Assembly (NCBI GenBank): GCA_041739995.1
Contig: JBGSMV010000041.1
Location: forward strand, 1-64,000
Length of the DNA stretch: 64,000 bases
Reading direction: 5' to 3'
Source of the DNA: Bdellovibrionota bacterium
Lineage (GTDB): Bacteria > Bdellovibrionota_C > UBA2361 > JBGSMV01
Shown: piece after piece, positions 41,622 through 53,479 of the stretch
Layout of the letters: every line of letters starts with the position of its first letter
Numbering within the stretch: position 1 is the stretch's first letter
Program-made: the position numbers and the translations under genes
The notes under the pieces: model-generated
Told to the model about the DNA's origin: nothing
Database searches by the model: none
What the model saw: only the letters and a program-made list of their open reading frames with translations

Positions 41622-44600
41622 TTATACCTCCCCACTGGAAGAACTAGGTGACGCAGAAGCGCTCTCAACGGAAGCCTGGTGAGGCGGCGTACGACCCCCC
41701 GCCAATCGCTCCACAATCACAAACAACGCGGGCACAAGCAACACACCTAAAATTGTCGCGACAAGCATGCCACTAAAAACGGTCATGCCCATTATTTTAC
41801 GGCCCTCTGCACCAGATCCGGTCGCAAGCACCAGCGGCACCACCCCTAAGATGAAGGCAAACGCGGTCATCAAAATCGGACGGAATCTCAGCCGTGCCGC
41901 TTCTAGCGCCGCGTCCATAAGGGCCTTACCCTTATGTACTTCTTCGCGCGCGAATTCGACAATCAGAATCGCATTCTTAGCGGCAAGTCCCACCAGTGTA
42001 AGAATTCCAATCTGGGCAAAAATATTATTGACATACCCATCGCCCAACAGCAGCCGACTGAGCCACAGGCCTCCGAGGGCACCGAAAACTGCGAACGGTG
42101 TGCCGAGAAGTACGCTGAAAGGAAGCGCCCAGCTCTCGTACTGCGCCGCCAAGATGAGAAATACAAAGAGCACCCCCAGCATAAAGAACCCAAGACTCGC
42201 AGGTGCTTTCTTCTCCTGATAGGAAAGCGCGTTCCAATCATAGGAAACATCAGGCGGCAATACCTCCGCCGCGACTTCCTCAAGCGCTGAAAGCGCCTGA
42301 GACGAACTGAAACCAAGTGCGGGTACACCGGTTAACTCAACCGCCCTGAACAGGTTAAAGCGATTGGTAAATTCGGGACCCTTAATCGAGCTTGAAGTAA
42401 CAATCGTACCTAAGGAAACCATCCGACCTTCGGCATTTCTGACAAAATAATTCTGAAGATCGCTAATGTCGTCTCGATTCTCTGGCTCAGCCTGTACGTA
42501 AACTTTGAAGAGTCTTCCGAAACGATTGAAGTCGTTTACATAGGTACCGCCGAGGAACGTTCCCAAGGTTTGACTTAACTGTGGAAGAGAGACCCCTTGC
42601 TTGAGCGCCTTATCACGATCAACTTCCACGAATATTTGTGGTACCGAGGCACTGAAAACTTTCGAAACTCGCCCAATGGCGGGGTGCTTGCGCGCCGCGG
42701 CAATAAACTTCTCAGACGCTTCGGCTAAATACTCAGGCGACTTTCCCGCTCGATCTTGGAGCATCATACTAAAGCCCGAACCAGTGCCGAGCCCTGGAAT
42801 GGCCGGAGGACCGAAAGTGAATGCCGATGCTCCAGCCACTTCCGCTGCAAGCCTGGCGTTGATTGCACGAGTAAGCTCAAAGGCGTGCAGGTGTGCCTCT
42901 CCGCGCTCCTCCCACGGTTTCAGGGAAACAAAAAAGAAAGCAGTGTTACTCGCATAGGCCTGCGAGAGCAGACTGAAGCCAGTGACGGTCGAGACTGCTT
43001 CAACTCCTGGAGTTTGAAGAATAATATTTTCGACCTGCTTCGAAACTTCATCGGTTCGTTGTAAAGAGCTTGCATCAGAAAGCTGGGCAGCCGCAAAAAG
43101 GTAGCCCTGGTCTTCCTCGGGTATAAAGCCTGCCGGCAGAGCCTTTCCCGATAGCACAATTGCTACGCCGAGCGCACAGAACATCACTAAGACACGCAGG
43201 AATTTTCGCGCAAAGAATCTAGCCGATCCTACATAGCTGCCCGTCACACGCTCGAAAACATTATTAAACCCTCTAAAGAATGGGGCGAGGATCCCTCCCG
43301 ATTGGGGCGTTGCAGGCCGAAGCAGGATTGCGCAAAGCGCCGGGCTTAAGGTCAACGCGCTAAAGGCTGAAAACAGCACTGATATAGCGATGGTTACCGC
43401 GAACTGCTCATAGAAAGCCCCCGTGATCCCTCCCATAAACACCACCGGGAGAAATACTGCAGACAGTATCAGAGCAATCGCGATAACCGGCCCACCGACC
43501 TGCTTCATCGCCAGATTGGTGGCTTCGCGCGGAGACTTGCCGTGCTCCATATGATGCATGACGGCCTCAACCACCACGATGGCATCGTCTACTACAATTC
43601 CAATCGCCAGCACCAATCCAAGCAGAGAAAGCGTATTTATGCTGAAGCCCAGCATTGGGAATACAGCGAACGTGGCGATGAGAGACACCGGCACCGTAAG
43701 AATGGGGATAAGCGTGGCGCGAAAGTTCTGCAGGAAGATGAAAACTACCAGTACTACCAACACCACTGCTTCGATTAGCGTATGAACGATGCCCTCGATA
43801 CCCGCGGTGACTGCCTTGGTCGTGTCGAGCGAGATAGAAAATTCCAAGTCTTCAGGAAACTGCGGCGCCACTCGATCCATGGTGGCGCGAATTTGCTCAA
43901 CGACCTGCAAGGCATTCGATCCAGGCACCTGGTAGATCGCCAGCAGGGCTGCCGCGGCTCCGTTATATCTGCCTATCGCATTATAATTCTGTGCCCCGAG
44001 TTCAACACGCGCCACATCGCTCACGCGAACGCTCGATCCATCCGGCCGCGACTTCACGATAATATTGAGAAACTCTTCAGGCGACTGCAAGCGTCCCTGC
44101 AGGCGCACCGCATAAGTAAACTCAGTCCCTTTCGGAGCGGGCTCGCCACCGACCTTTCCGCCGGGCACAATCACGTTCTGCGCTTGCATCGCATCAATGA
44201 GCTCAGTGACCGTAATATCGGCGGATGATAGCTTGGCAGGGTCGACCCAGACTCGCATCGCGTAGTCAGAACCACCTAACAGGTTCACCTGACCAACACC
44301 ACTAATACGGGAGAGCTCGTCGACAATATTGATCAGGGCATAGTTGCTGAGGAAATTACTGTCATAAGTCTGGTTCGGTGAACGGAGCGAAACGAGAACC
44401 AAGGGGAATGAGAGTGACTTCTTCACGGTCACGCCTAAGCGCTTCACCTCTTCGGGAAGGCTCGGTTGACCTTCTGACACACGGTTCTGTACCAAGACAT
44501 TGGACATGTCCAGATTGGAGCCGACGGCGAAGGACACTCGAATCGAACTCACACCGTCATTCGAGTTGATAGAACGAATGTAGATAGCGTTCTCAACACC

Positions 44601-44861
44601 GTTGATTTTCTGTTCAAGCGGTGTCGTTACCGATTGCTCCACCGCAATGGAATCGGCTCCCGTGTAGGTTGAGGTGACTTGCACTTCCGGCGGAATCACG
44701 TCCGGGTACATCGACACCGGCAAGTCCCGAAGCGCCACAAGGCCAAAAATAATAAGTACAATCGAAATGACGATAGCCACTATCGGACGACGAACAAAGA
44801 AAAACTCTTTGGTATCAGGTGTCGTCGAAGTAGCCTGACCTGGCTTTGATGTGTCTGACAT
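41622..44861 (-). CDS. HAE1-family RND efflux permease (AcrB/MexB-like)
   Basis: RRPIVAIVIS, GIVVDDAIVVVE, GLAAKNAILIVEFA, RFRPILMT. Confidence 0.97.
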   Translation of the reverse strand: MSDTSKPGQATSTTPDTKEFFFVRRPIVAIVISIVLIIFGLVALRDLPVSMYPDVIPPEVQVTSTYTGADSIAVEQSVTTPLEQKINGVENAIYIRSINSNDGVSSIRVSFAVGSNLDMSNVLVQNRVSEGQPSLPEEVKRLGVTVKKSLSFPLVLVSLRSPNQTYDSNFLSNYALINIVDELSRISGVGQVNLLGGSDYAMRVWVDPAKLSSADITVTELIDAMQAQNVIVPGGKVGGEPAPKGTEFTYAVRLQGRLQSPEEFLNIIVKSRPDGSSVRVSDVARVELGAQNYNAIGRYNGAAAALLAIYQVPGSNALQVVEQIRATMDRVAPQFPEDLEFSISLDTTKAVTAGIEGIVHTLIEAVVLVVLVVFIFLQNFRATLIPILTVPVSLIATFAVFPMLGFSINTLSLLGLVLAIGIVVDDAIVVVEAVMHHMEHGKSPREATNLAMKQVGGPVIAIALILSAVFLPVVFMGGITGAFYEQFAVTIAISVLFSAFSALTLSPALCAILLRPATPQSGGILAPFFRGFNNVFERVTGSYVGSARFFARKFLRVLVMFCALGVAIVLSGKALPAGFIPEEDQGYLFAAAQLSDASSLQRTDEVSKQVENIILQTPGVEAVSTVTGFSLLSQAYASNTAFFFVSLKPWEERGEAHLHAFELTRAINARLAAEVAGASAFTFGPPAIPGLGTGSGFSMMLQDRAGKSPEYLAEASEKFIAAARKHPAIGRVSKVFSASVPQIFVEVDRDKALKQGVSLPQLSQTLGTFLGGTYVNDFNRFGRLFKVYVQAEPENRDDISDLQNYFVRNAEGRMVSLGTIVTSSSIKGPEFTNRFNLFRAVELTGVPALGFSSSQALSALEEVAAEVLPPDVSYDWNALSYQEKKAPASLGFFMLGVLFVFLILAAQYESWALPFSVLLGTPFAVFGALGGLWLSRLLLGDGYVNNIFAQIGILTLVGLAAKNAILIVEFAREEVHKGKALMDAALEAARLRFRPILMTAFAFILGVVPLVLATGSGAEGRKIMGMTVFSGMLVATILGVLLVPALFVIVERLAGGRTPPHQASVESASASPSSSSGEV

Positions 44862-45004
44862 GTGCCCCTTGCTGCTCGATTAAATCGCCCTTAGTTCCCA
44901 CCTGCTCAGTTTGAAGCGAATCAGTCCTTCAAACCCAACTGTTGCAGGCGCCTTGAAAAATGAGGCAGCGGCGTTTCCCGGCCTCAATTCTCGAATATTA
45001 CGAA

Positions 45005-46180
45005 TCACTTAGTGGCAGAGTTGATTATTTTTGGCGTGACCGAAGCCCCACTCGCAAGTCGCCCTTGAGGCTCAGCAACGATCCTCTCTCCGGCTTTGAG
45101 GCCGTCCAGGACTACTACCTCGGCCCCTACCGCTTCGCCCAGCTTCACGGTCCGAAGCTCCAATTTATTGTCAGCCCCAACGACCATGACTTGCATGAGT
45201 CCCTGCAGTTCGCGAACCGCTTTCTTTGGAATTAAAATAGCGTTGACAATTGTCTCTCTGGTGGTGCGCACCTTCGCGTACTGCCCCGGGCGTAATAGTA
45301 ATCCAGGATTTGGAAAGGAAGCCTCGGCGGTCAACGATCCAGTGGACGAATCTATTTGAGAATCGACCGATACGAGCTGTCCCTTTTCAGGGTGCACTGA
45401 GTCGTCGGCAAGAATCAGTTCAAGCGATCGGGGAGAAGATGGGCCACCTTCTTTCTCCCGTTTCTGCTTAAGGCGAGCAAAGTGCAAATAATCCTTTTCG
45501 GTTACCGTAAACCGAACATGGATGGGGTCGAGCTGAGAAACCGTGTTCAACAAAACAACATTGGGTGGTCGACCAACAAATTCCCCTACGCGAGCCTTGG
45601 TAAGACCAATCAATCCACTCACCGGAGCAGTAATCTTAGTGTAGCCTAGCTCGATTTCCTTAGACTCAACGCCGGCCTTAGCAGCATCAACCCCGCCACG
45701 CGCCACACCTTCGGCTGCGACTGCTGAATCAAGATCGCGCTGGCTCACCGCCTGCATCTCTGCCAAAGGACGGATTCTCTTCAAATCGGACTGGGCCTTG
45801 ACCAGAAGGGTATTGGCTTCAGCAAGCTTGGCGGTTGCCTCAGCCACGGTGGCTTCAAACGGCTTAGGGTCAATCTCGTAGAGGAGGTCTCCCTCCTTAA
45901 CCTGAGTTCCTTCGGCAAAGTTGATCTTAAGAATTACTCCCTCGACCCTGGCGCGCACATCGGCGTCAACCGCGCCCTTGGTCTGGCCCACAAATTCAGC
46001 ATCAATCGGAAGATCGCGCTCTTCCAGTTTCAATACTGGGACCTCGACAACGCCCTTAACCTCTTCGACAGGTTCGCTCCCACAGCTACTGAGCAGCACG
46101 GCACTAAGCGTAAACGTAACGAAGAGAAGAAAGCAGGAGATTGAGCGTGGCGATCTCGCGGCAATAAACGTCATGGGCAC
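45005..46180 (-). CDS. RND efflux periplasmic adaptor (MFP)
   Basis: Lipobox LSSC; VRARVEG, GDLLYEIDP, YTKITAPVSG, FPNP..LLRPGQY. Confidence 0.95.
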   Translation of the reverse strand: MPMTFIAARSPRSISCFLLFVTFTLSAVLLSSCGSEPVEEVKGVVEVPVLKLEERDLPIDAEFVGQTKGAVDADVRARVEGVILKINFAEGTQVKEGDLLYEIDPKPFEATVAEATAKLAEANTLLVKAQSDLKRIRPLAEMQAVSQRDLDSAVAAEGVARGGVDAAKAGVESKEIELGYTKITAPVSGLIGLTKARVGEFVGRPPNVVLLNTVSQLDPIHVRFTVTEKDYLHFARLKQKREKEGGPSSPRSLELILADDSVHPEKGQLVSVDSQIDSSTGSLTAEASFPNPGLLLRPGQYAKVRTTRETIVNAILIPKKAVRELQGLMQVMVVGADNKLELRTVKLGEAVGAEVVVLDGLKAGERIVAEPQGRLASGASVTPKIINSATK

Positions 46181-46223
46181 CTTAAAGAATAATGTGGCTC
46201 CGACAAGAATTCAAAAGCCAAAA

Positions 46224-46241
46224 CGTGACAATTCAGTCACG
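46224..46241. promoter_or_regulatory. Palindromic candidate operator upstream of the efflux operon
   Basis: CGTGAC-aattca-GTCACG. Confidence 0.35.
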
Positions 46242-46503
46242 GAAAATCGGTGGAACTCTACGAACTTCCTCACTAATTGTCTATAAGATCCGCACGCCGT
46301 CCCCCACCACCAAAGCTGTTAGACTGAACCGTCGGGGCGGATAGCGGCCTCAATGTTGCGGGCCATTCCCAAAGGCAGTCTGACGGGAGCACCTCGCTTG
46401 CCTTAGGTTGAGACCGCACAGGCTGGTAAAAAGCCTCTAGACTATGGTGAATTGAGGCAGTCATAAGAGACGCGCATCGAGACTACCAGGGAACCAGACT
46501 GAA

Positions 46504-47565
46504 ATGCGGCCAAAAGTGCTCGGGACAATCGGTCAGGCGATTGTTGACATCATTCATCAATCGGAAGACGCCGCCCAGGGTCAGGAGGCTCTTACAAGGC
46601 TCGGTCTCTCTCCGCACCCGCACCAACACATCTCCGAGCAAACGTCGCTACAGCTCAGGGCCAGCCTTCCCGCTAATGAGTGCTACTCGGTTTGTGGCGG
46701 CTCGGCACTTAATTCCGTGATTGCCTACCGCTGCCTCGGCGGCACAGCGAAAGCGTTTGTGCGACTCGGGACTGATGCTCTTGGTAAGGAATTCGAAGCC
46801 GACCTAAAAGATCGCGGTATTCAAGCGACCCTCACCTTTGATTCCGCACGATCCACCGCGCACTCAATAATCCTAAGCAATCCCAAGTCGGGAAGAAGCA
46901 TGGCGACTTGCCTCGGTGCCGCAAACCACTTCGATAAAAATGAGATCACTTCAGATTTTCTTACGAACTGCGATGCGCTCTTCATCGAGGGGTACATGCT
47001 CGCGCTTGAGTCTGGGGAACCACTTGCGACATACACAGACGCTGCGAAACTTGACAAGCATACAGCAGTTTCACTTGCCGCTCCGTGGATCATTTCCAAA
47101 TTTCGGAGCCGACTCCTTGAAGCTCTCGCGCACTCGCAGGTGGTATTCGCAAATGAGGAAGAAGCGGCCGAGTTAACCGGCGCGAAGGACCCGAGGGAGA
47201 ATGTGGGGCGCATTGCCAAGCTTTGCATCGAAGAGCGATCGAAACACCCTACCACTATCTCCAGCTCCCCTGATTCCCCTCTTGTGCTGGTTACCGCAGG
47301 AGCGGCCGGTGCCTTCTATGGGAACGAGCACGCTGCTGCTCACGTTCCAGCGCCATCGGCGAAAGTGGTAGATGTGACGGGTGCCGGTGACGCATTTGCG
47401 GGCGGATTTCTTTTCGCTCACTTCCACGGAGCATCAACCTTGAACGCAGTGCAAAGCGCATCCGCTCTCGCCGCAGCAGTTATATCTCAGGTGGGGGCAA
47501 GGGTGACGCCTGCCATGGCGGAGAAATGGAAACAACAATGGGACCATACTCTCGTTCAAGAGTGA
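46504..47565 (+). CDS. PfkB-family carbohydrate/adenosine kinase
   Basis: GGSALNS, EGY, FANEEEA, VVDVTGAGDAFAGGFL. Confidence 0.92.
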   Translation: MRPKVLGTIGQAIVDIIHQSEDAAQGQEALTRLGLSPHPHQHISEQTSLQLRASLPANECYSVCGGSALNSVIAYRCLGGTAKAFVRLGTDALGKEFEADLKDRGIQATLTFDSARSTAHSIILSNPKSGRSMATCLGAANHFDKNEITSDFLTNCDALFIEGYMLALESGEPLATYTDAAKLDKHTAVSLAAPWIISKFRSRLLEALAHSQVVFANEEEAAELTGAKDPRENVGRIAKLCIEERSKHPTTISSSPDSPLVLVTAGAAGAFYGNEHAAAHVPAPSAKVVDVTGAGDAFAGGFLFAHFHGASTLNAVQSASALAAAVISQVGARVTPAMAEKWKQQWDHTLVQE

Positions 47566-47638
47566 TGCTTTCCTCTTTCTTGTCCCACTGATTCAGAGCT
47601 GCTCAAACGATCGGGAACGACGTCCTTAGTTGCTACCC

Positions 47639-48010
47639 TCAAGTGGAGCGCACTCGACTTCCACTCACATAAAAGATCACGTCGTCGATGACCTCTTCGG
47701 CTCCAAGATGCTTTTTTAGGCGGGTAAGGATCGCTCGCTTCTGAAAACTCAGCTCTTGGGCCCAGGCGGAATCGGTCACTCGAACCACCAGGGCTCTATT
47801 CTTGATGCATTCAGGATGCGCACGCTTTGCGATCTCTTCCCCGACAATTTCTTTCCAGTGCAATACAAAGCGATAGCGCGCAATAGCACGATCAAGTCCC
47901 AGATGAGAGAGCGCCTTGCGCAGTACTTGCTCGGCAGGCGCCGGGTCAGCTCCACGTTGCTTTCGGTACTGATCGTAATATCGAATTTTGGGGGCCGTCG
48001 AATCCCTCAT
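47639..48010 (-). CDS. DUF721/DciA family protein
   Basis: W.EIVGEEIAKRAHP...LVVRVTDSAWAQEL. Confidence 0.88.
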   Translation of the reverse strand: MRDSTAPKIRYYDQYRKQRGADPAPAEQVLRKALSHLGLDRAIARYRFVLHWKEIVGEEIAKRAHPECIKNRALVVRVTDSAWAQELSFQKRAILTRLKKHLGAEEVIDDVIFYVSGSRVRST

Positions 48011-48011
48011 C

Positions 48012-48350
48012 CTATTTCCCCTGCTGTGGTTCTCGCGCCAGCTCGACGGTACCATTCTGACTTGAGATATCCTCAGGATTTTCTCTGAAAACGAATACCT
48101 GCTCATTCGGCCTGGCAAGTCCCAGCTCGTTACGCGCCGCCTTCTCCAAGATGCGAGGACTGTGCTGCAATCCTCTTACGGTGGAACGCAAATCCTGTAC
48201 CTTAGCTCGCAATTCTTGATTTCGCAGCTGCTGCTCGGCCACGGTGCGTGAGAGCTCGCGCATGGTAGAAATGCTGTCGTCCCCAAGCAAAGCAAAAGCG
48301 CCGGCCGAAAGGGCTGCGGCGAGTAGAACAAAAGGAACGAACTGTCTCAT
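48012..48350 (-). CDS. ftsB: Septum formation initiator FtsB/DivIC
   Basis: N-terminal TM, coiled coil, LEKAARNELGLARPNEQVF. Confidence 0.88.
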   Translation of the reverse strand: MRQFVPFVLLAAALSAGAFALLGDDSISTMRELSRTVAEQQLRNQELRAKVQDLRSTVRGLQHSPRILEKAARNELGLARPNEQVFVFRENPEDISSQNGTVELAREPQQGK

Positions 48351-48608
48351 CCGTCGAGTTTAGCGCGCCCGCACTCTACTTACTACCCAGACTTAACTAC
48401 CCATGGTCCCGAGTCCCCTCCTGGAGAGTCGCGACGGCGCTATCTCCTTCCGATGTCGTTCCAAGGAGTTGGAGCAAGGTCTGACTCTGGACTCAAACCC
48501 TAATTCTGACCCTGCTCGAAGATTCGCCCCAAAGCCTGACGGAGAATCCCTCCCCCGGTCGCGCCGTCGCCTTAGGGCCTCTGTTGAGGGCCGTGACCTC
48601 GAAAGTGA

Positions 48609-50063
<1,455 letters not shown>

Positions 50064-50115
50064 ACTGATGTGACCTTCTCGTTGACCGCAACCGTTCGCT
50101 AGCGAGCTGAGTCAG

Positions 50116-50241
50116 AAGTTGATTTAGGTATGTTTCTCGCATTTCTCGCTGAACTCATTGTGTAATTCACTGAGTATATTCACAAAGAGAGCAGCGGGCT
50201 CGGCGAGAATTGTTCATTGAACCCTTAACTCACGACACTAG
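50116..50241. repeat. Dispersed palindromic (REPIN/MITE-like) element, copy 2
   Basis: TTCTCGCTGAACTCATTGTGTAATTC...CAAAGAGAGCAGCGGGCTCGGCGAGAATTG; same orientation as 22874-22987. Confidence 0.8.
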
Positions 50242-50327
50242 TGTTCAGAAAGCAGACAGATACGCACTTTGAGGTGAAAAGACGAAGGTCAGGTCAGGGC
50301 TTTCGCTAAATTGGCTGAAATTTACGC

Positions 50328-51848
50328 ATGAAGAACTTAGACGATTCACGCATAGGAGCGTTGAATTGGGCCATATTAAGCGCCCTACTCATGTCTTTGG
50401 CCTGGCATCTACCTGGGAGCACATGGTGCGTACTTCTTGGGTGGTGCTCTTGCCTTGCGCTTGTATTAGCGACGAGACATCGCAACGCCAGCTATGCGAC
50501 CTTGTTGGTCGCGGGATTTCTCCAGCATTTGCTTGGCTTCTATTGGATTGCGGGGACGGCGCATGAATTTGGGGGATTCTCTACTCCGCTTTCAGTAATG
50601 GTGCTGGTGCTTTTTGCGCTTAGCGGCAGCTTGCAGCATATTATTTTCTTCTTTTTCTTTCGACGACTTCCGCTATTCCTGGATAACGTAAGTGCGCGCT
50701 GCGCCTTTGCATGGGTGGCGAGTGAATTTTTGTGTCCACGAATTTTCCCTTGGCATGTGGGACACACGCAGATTGGATTTCATTGGTTTGCTCAAGTTTC
50801 CGATCTCTCAGGCGTGATGCTTCTTTCCTTTACGATGGTGTGGGTTTCAGAGGCGCTTATCTCTTTAGCGCTGAAGGGAAAGTCTTCTGGTGCTTTTCGC
50901 GCAGCAATTCCTGCCTGTGTTCTCTTTTGTGTGGTGCTTACCTATGGGAAGTGGCGCTGGGACACGGTCAATCCTCTTGAGGGGACTCCTCTAGATATCA
51001 CGGCAGTTCAAGCCAACATTAGCACTGAGAAAAAAGGAGACATTCGATACTTTGCGGAGAATCGCGATCAGTATGTGGCGATTACCGAGGCACTGACGGT
51101 CCGTCCAGAGCTCTTGATATGGCCGGAGACCGTAGTGCAAGATTTTATATTTGAGAAAATTGGATCTGTGGGGCACGCCTCTAAAGTGCCCTACTTTGCT
51201 GAGCGCCATTTGTTGACTGGGGCGCTCACGTTTAGATCGCAGAAAGAGTTATTTAATAGCGCGCTCAGTGTTTTTGCTGATGGCAAAGTTCCAGTGCCTT
51301 ATCACAAGCAGATTTTGATGCCGTTTGGTGAGTACATGCCGTTGGCCTCTGTGTTTCCGTGGATTCAAGATTTGAATCCGGTGGCGGGAGGTCTTACTGC
51401 GGGGGCAGAGATGGTGGTGACGGAGTATCCGGCACTTCCACCGACAACGCCGCGCCCGTTCCGCGTTGCGTCGCTGATTTGCTATGAAGACATCGTGCCG
51501 TCATTGGCGAGGGAGGCGGTCTCGCGTGGGGCGGAGTTGTTGGTGAATCTGACGAATGATGCGTGGTTTGGCGACACGGTGGCATCGCGGCAGCATCACA
51601 TGATTGCGGCGTTTCGTGCGATTGAGACCCGGCGCTATCTGATTCGCTCCACCAATTCTGGCTTTACTGCCATAGTAGATCCGCGTGGGGTCACGACTGC
51701 CTCGCTTGCTCCATTCGCCGAAGGTTCGCTCCGCACCCAAGTACATCTCAGAGACGATCTCACCCCCTTCACCGGCCTCGTCAGCACCCTTCCCTGGCTC
51801 GCCTTCAGCCTCCTCACTCTCCTCACCGCAATCCTCCCCCGGAGGTAG
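50328..51848 (+). CDS. lnt: Apolipoprotein N-acyltransferase
   Basis: Multiple TMs; VQANI, WPET, YHKQILMPFGEYMP, LICYED, NLTNDAWFG, RSTNSGFTA. Confidence 0.96.
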   Translation: MKNLDDSRIGALNWAILSALLMSLAWHLPGSTWCVLLGWCSCLALVLATRHRNASYATLLVAGFLQHLLGFYWIAGTAHEFGGFSTPLSVMVLVLFALSGSLQHIIFFFFFRRLPLFLDNVSARCAFAWVASEFLCPRIFPWHVGHTQIGFHWFAQVSDLSGVMLLSFTMVWVSEALISLALKGKSSGAFRAAIPACVLFCVVLTYGKWRWDTVNPLEGTPLDITAVQANISTEKKGDIRYFAENRDQYVAITEALTVRPELLIWPETVVQDFIFEKIGSVGHASKVPYFAERHLLTGALTFRSQKELFNSALSVFADGKVPVPYHKQILMPFGEYMPLASVFPWIQDLNPVAGGLTAGAEMVVTEYPALPPTTPRPFRVASLICYEDIVPSLAREAVSRGAELLVNLTNDAWFGDTVASRQHHMIAAFRAIETRRYLIRSTNSGFTAIVDPRGVTTASLAPFAEGSLRTQVHLRDDLTPFTGLVSTLPWLAFSLLTLLTAILPRR

Positions 51849-51896
51849 CAGCTTCCTGCCACGGAACTCCGCTCCCACTCCGTCGATAAGCAGCTG

Positions 51897-52259
51897 ATGG
51901 GAACACCGCTACGGGATCGAAATCCCGAATACTTTCGCCACATCATTATTCGCACCCAAGAAGCGAGAATGTGGAGGATCCCTTCAAAATTAATGCTCGA
52001 GCTTTTAGACGGAATAACCGCTCGATACCAAGAGAGATTGGACACAGAGAGGTACGCCTATTGTTCTCTCTCGAACCACTACCATCTCCTTATTAGAGAT
52101 CTCCGAGAAAACACAGATGAATTCTGCGAGAACGTAAAACAGAAAATCTCTCACCGAGTTAACTGGCTTAACCACCGCAGCCGCAGCTTTTGGGCGCGTC
52201 GCTACAAGGAGAAGGAGATCCTCTCCCCTGAGGACTTGATGTATGTCGGAATTAGGTGA
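51897..52259 (+). pseudogene. Truncated HUH Y1 transposase (IS200/RAYT-like)
   Basis: YAYCSLSNHYHLLI (HUH), FWARRY; stops at EDLMYVGIR, before the usual Y..NP and C-terminal region; GGGGCTAACCCC hairpin at 52282-52293. Confidence 0.8.
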
Positions 52260-52446
52260 CGTCAGGGCTGCGCGCCGATAAGGGGCTAACCCCGCAAGCT
52301 TACTGAGATACAAGACACGCGATGCCCGGCGAATATGCTGATCCCCTCCTCCGTGGAGCCTGCATTCAGTATATCCCTTGGCCGACAAAGTTGGGGTGAA
52401 CCAATCGGGTTCTTACGCTCTCGACAAATGAAATCGAGGAAAGATA

Positions 52447-53190
52447 TCAACCGGGCAATATTCGCTGACATCTGTTGTTATTACCTGTCACCCTCCAACA
52501 TCGAAGCCAGGTAGCAGTAGTATCTACAGTGTTTGAGGCAGTCACAAAAAGCACACTTCCTTCACTGCACAAGGTGCCAGCGACGGTGCTTCCGACTACG
52601 TTCGAAAAACTAAAATTCTGATTCATCGTAGCGCTCCCGGCGAAGAGATTCCCGGCACAGTTGCCAGGATAGGTTACGCTGAAATTAAAAGTTCCTGCTG
52701 CCGTTTGGCGCACCTGAATCGTTGAAGAGTTAGTCGTCTCGACAATAAAGCCATTACCCACGTAATGGGCGATGGGACCAGTTCCAAACACTGCATTGGT
52801 AATATTGGGAGGAGAAAAGCTTCCGGTGACACCAGTGGCGCCCTGCGCCCCTTGAACTCCCTGCACACCTTGAGCACCCTGTGGACCTTGTGGTCCTTGA
52901 ATTCCTGCTTCGCCTTGAACGCCCATCGGCCCAGTTGGGCCCAGTGGACCAGTGCTACCAGGAGCACCCTCCGGTCCAGGATCCCCCTGAAACTGATTTG
53001 AATCCAACGATGTCGAGATCGAAGATAGGCTCAGCGCGACTTCGCCGCGCCTCGTGTTACAGCGTCTTTTGGAAATAATCGTGCCGTCAGCTTTTAAGCA
53101 CACTCGCTGACTTGCTGCCTCGACTTCAGAGACGAACAACACGCCGCTGAGCACCAGAAGTGAACACAGTGGAATATTGATCTGGAACAT
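52447..53190 (-). CDS. Secreted collagen-like protein
   Basis: Signal peptide, 19 consecutive Gly-X-Y triplets, Cys-containing N- and C-terminal domains. Confidence 0.88.
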   Translation of the reverse strand: MFQINIPLCSLLVLSGVLFVSEVEAASQRVCLKADGTIISKRRCNTRRGEVALSLSSISTSLDSNQFQGDPGPEGAPGSTGPLGPTGPMGVQGEAGIQGPQGPQGAQGVQGVQGAQGATGVTGSFSPPNITNAVFGTGPIAHYVGNGFIVETTNSSTIQVRQTAAGTFNFSVTYPGNCAGNLFAGSATMNQNFSFSNVVGSTVAGTLCSEGSVLFVTASNTVDTTATWLRCWRVTGNNNRCQRILPG

Positions 53191-53365
53191 AGCTCATTAC
53201 CTACAAAACGTTGAACTTGGTGCCCTTGTATCTCAACTTCAGAAGGCAGAACTGCTTACGCAACCAGAGACTCATCTGTCGACATATTTTCGTTGAATCT
53301 TTAGCCACTTAATTAGTTAATCTGCTTGGAACGCCCCTACTTTTCCAAGCGATCTCGAGACGCTT

Positions 53366-53415
53366 GGGCATAGGAAAATCGATCTAACCCATTGAGTTAA
53401 TGAACCAAGCTGGTT
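53366..53415 (-). mobile_element. IS91/ISCR oriIS-like end, copy A
   Basis: 45/50 identical to 61098-61147; reverse complement ends GATTTTCCTATGCCC. Confidence 0.6.
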
Positions 53416-53479
53416 TTGATGAGGATAGTACCAACTTTTTCAACTCTTAACTCAAACAATCGCAAAGGCTCTTTCGTAG

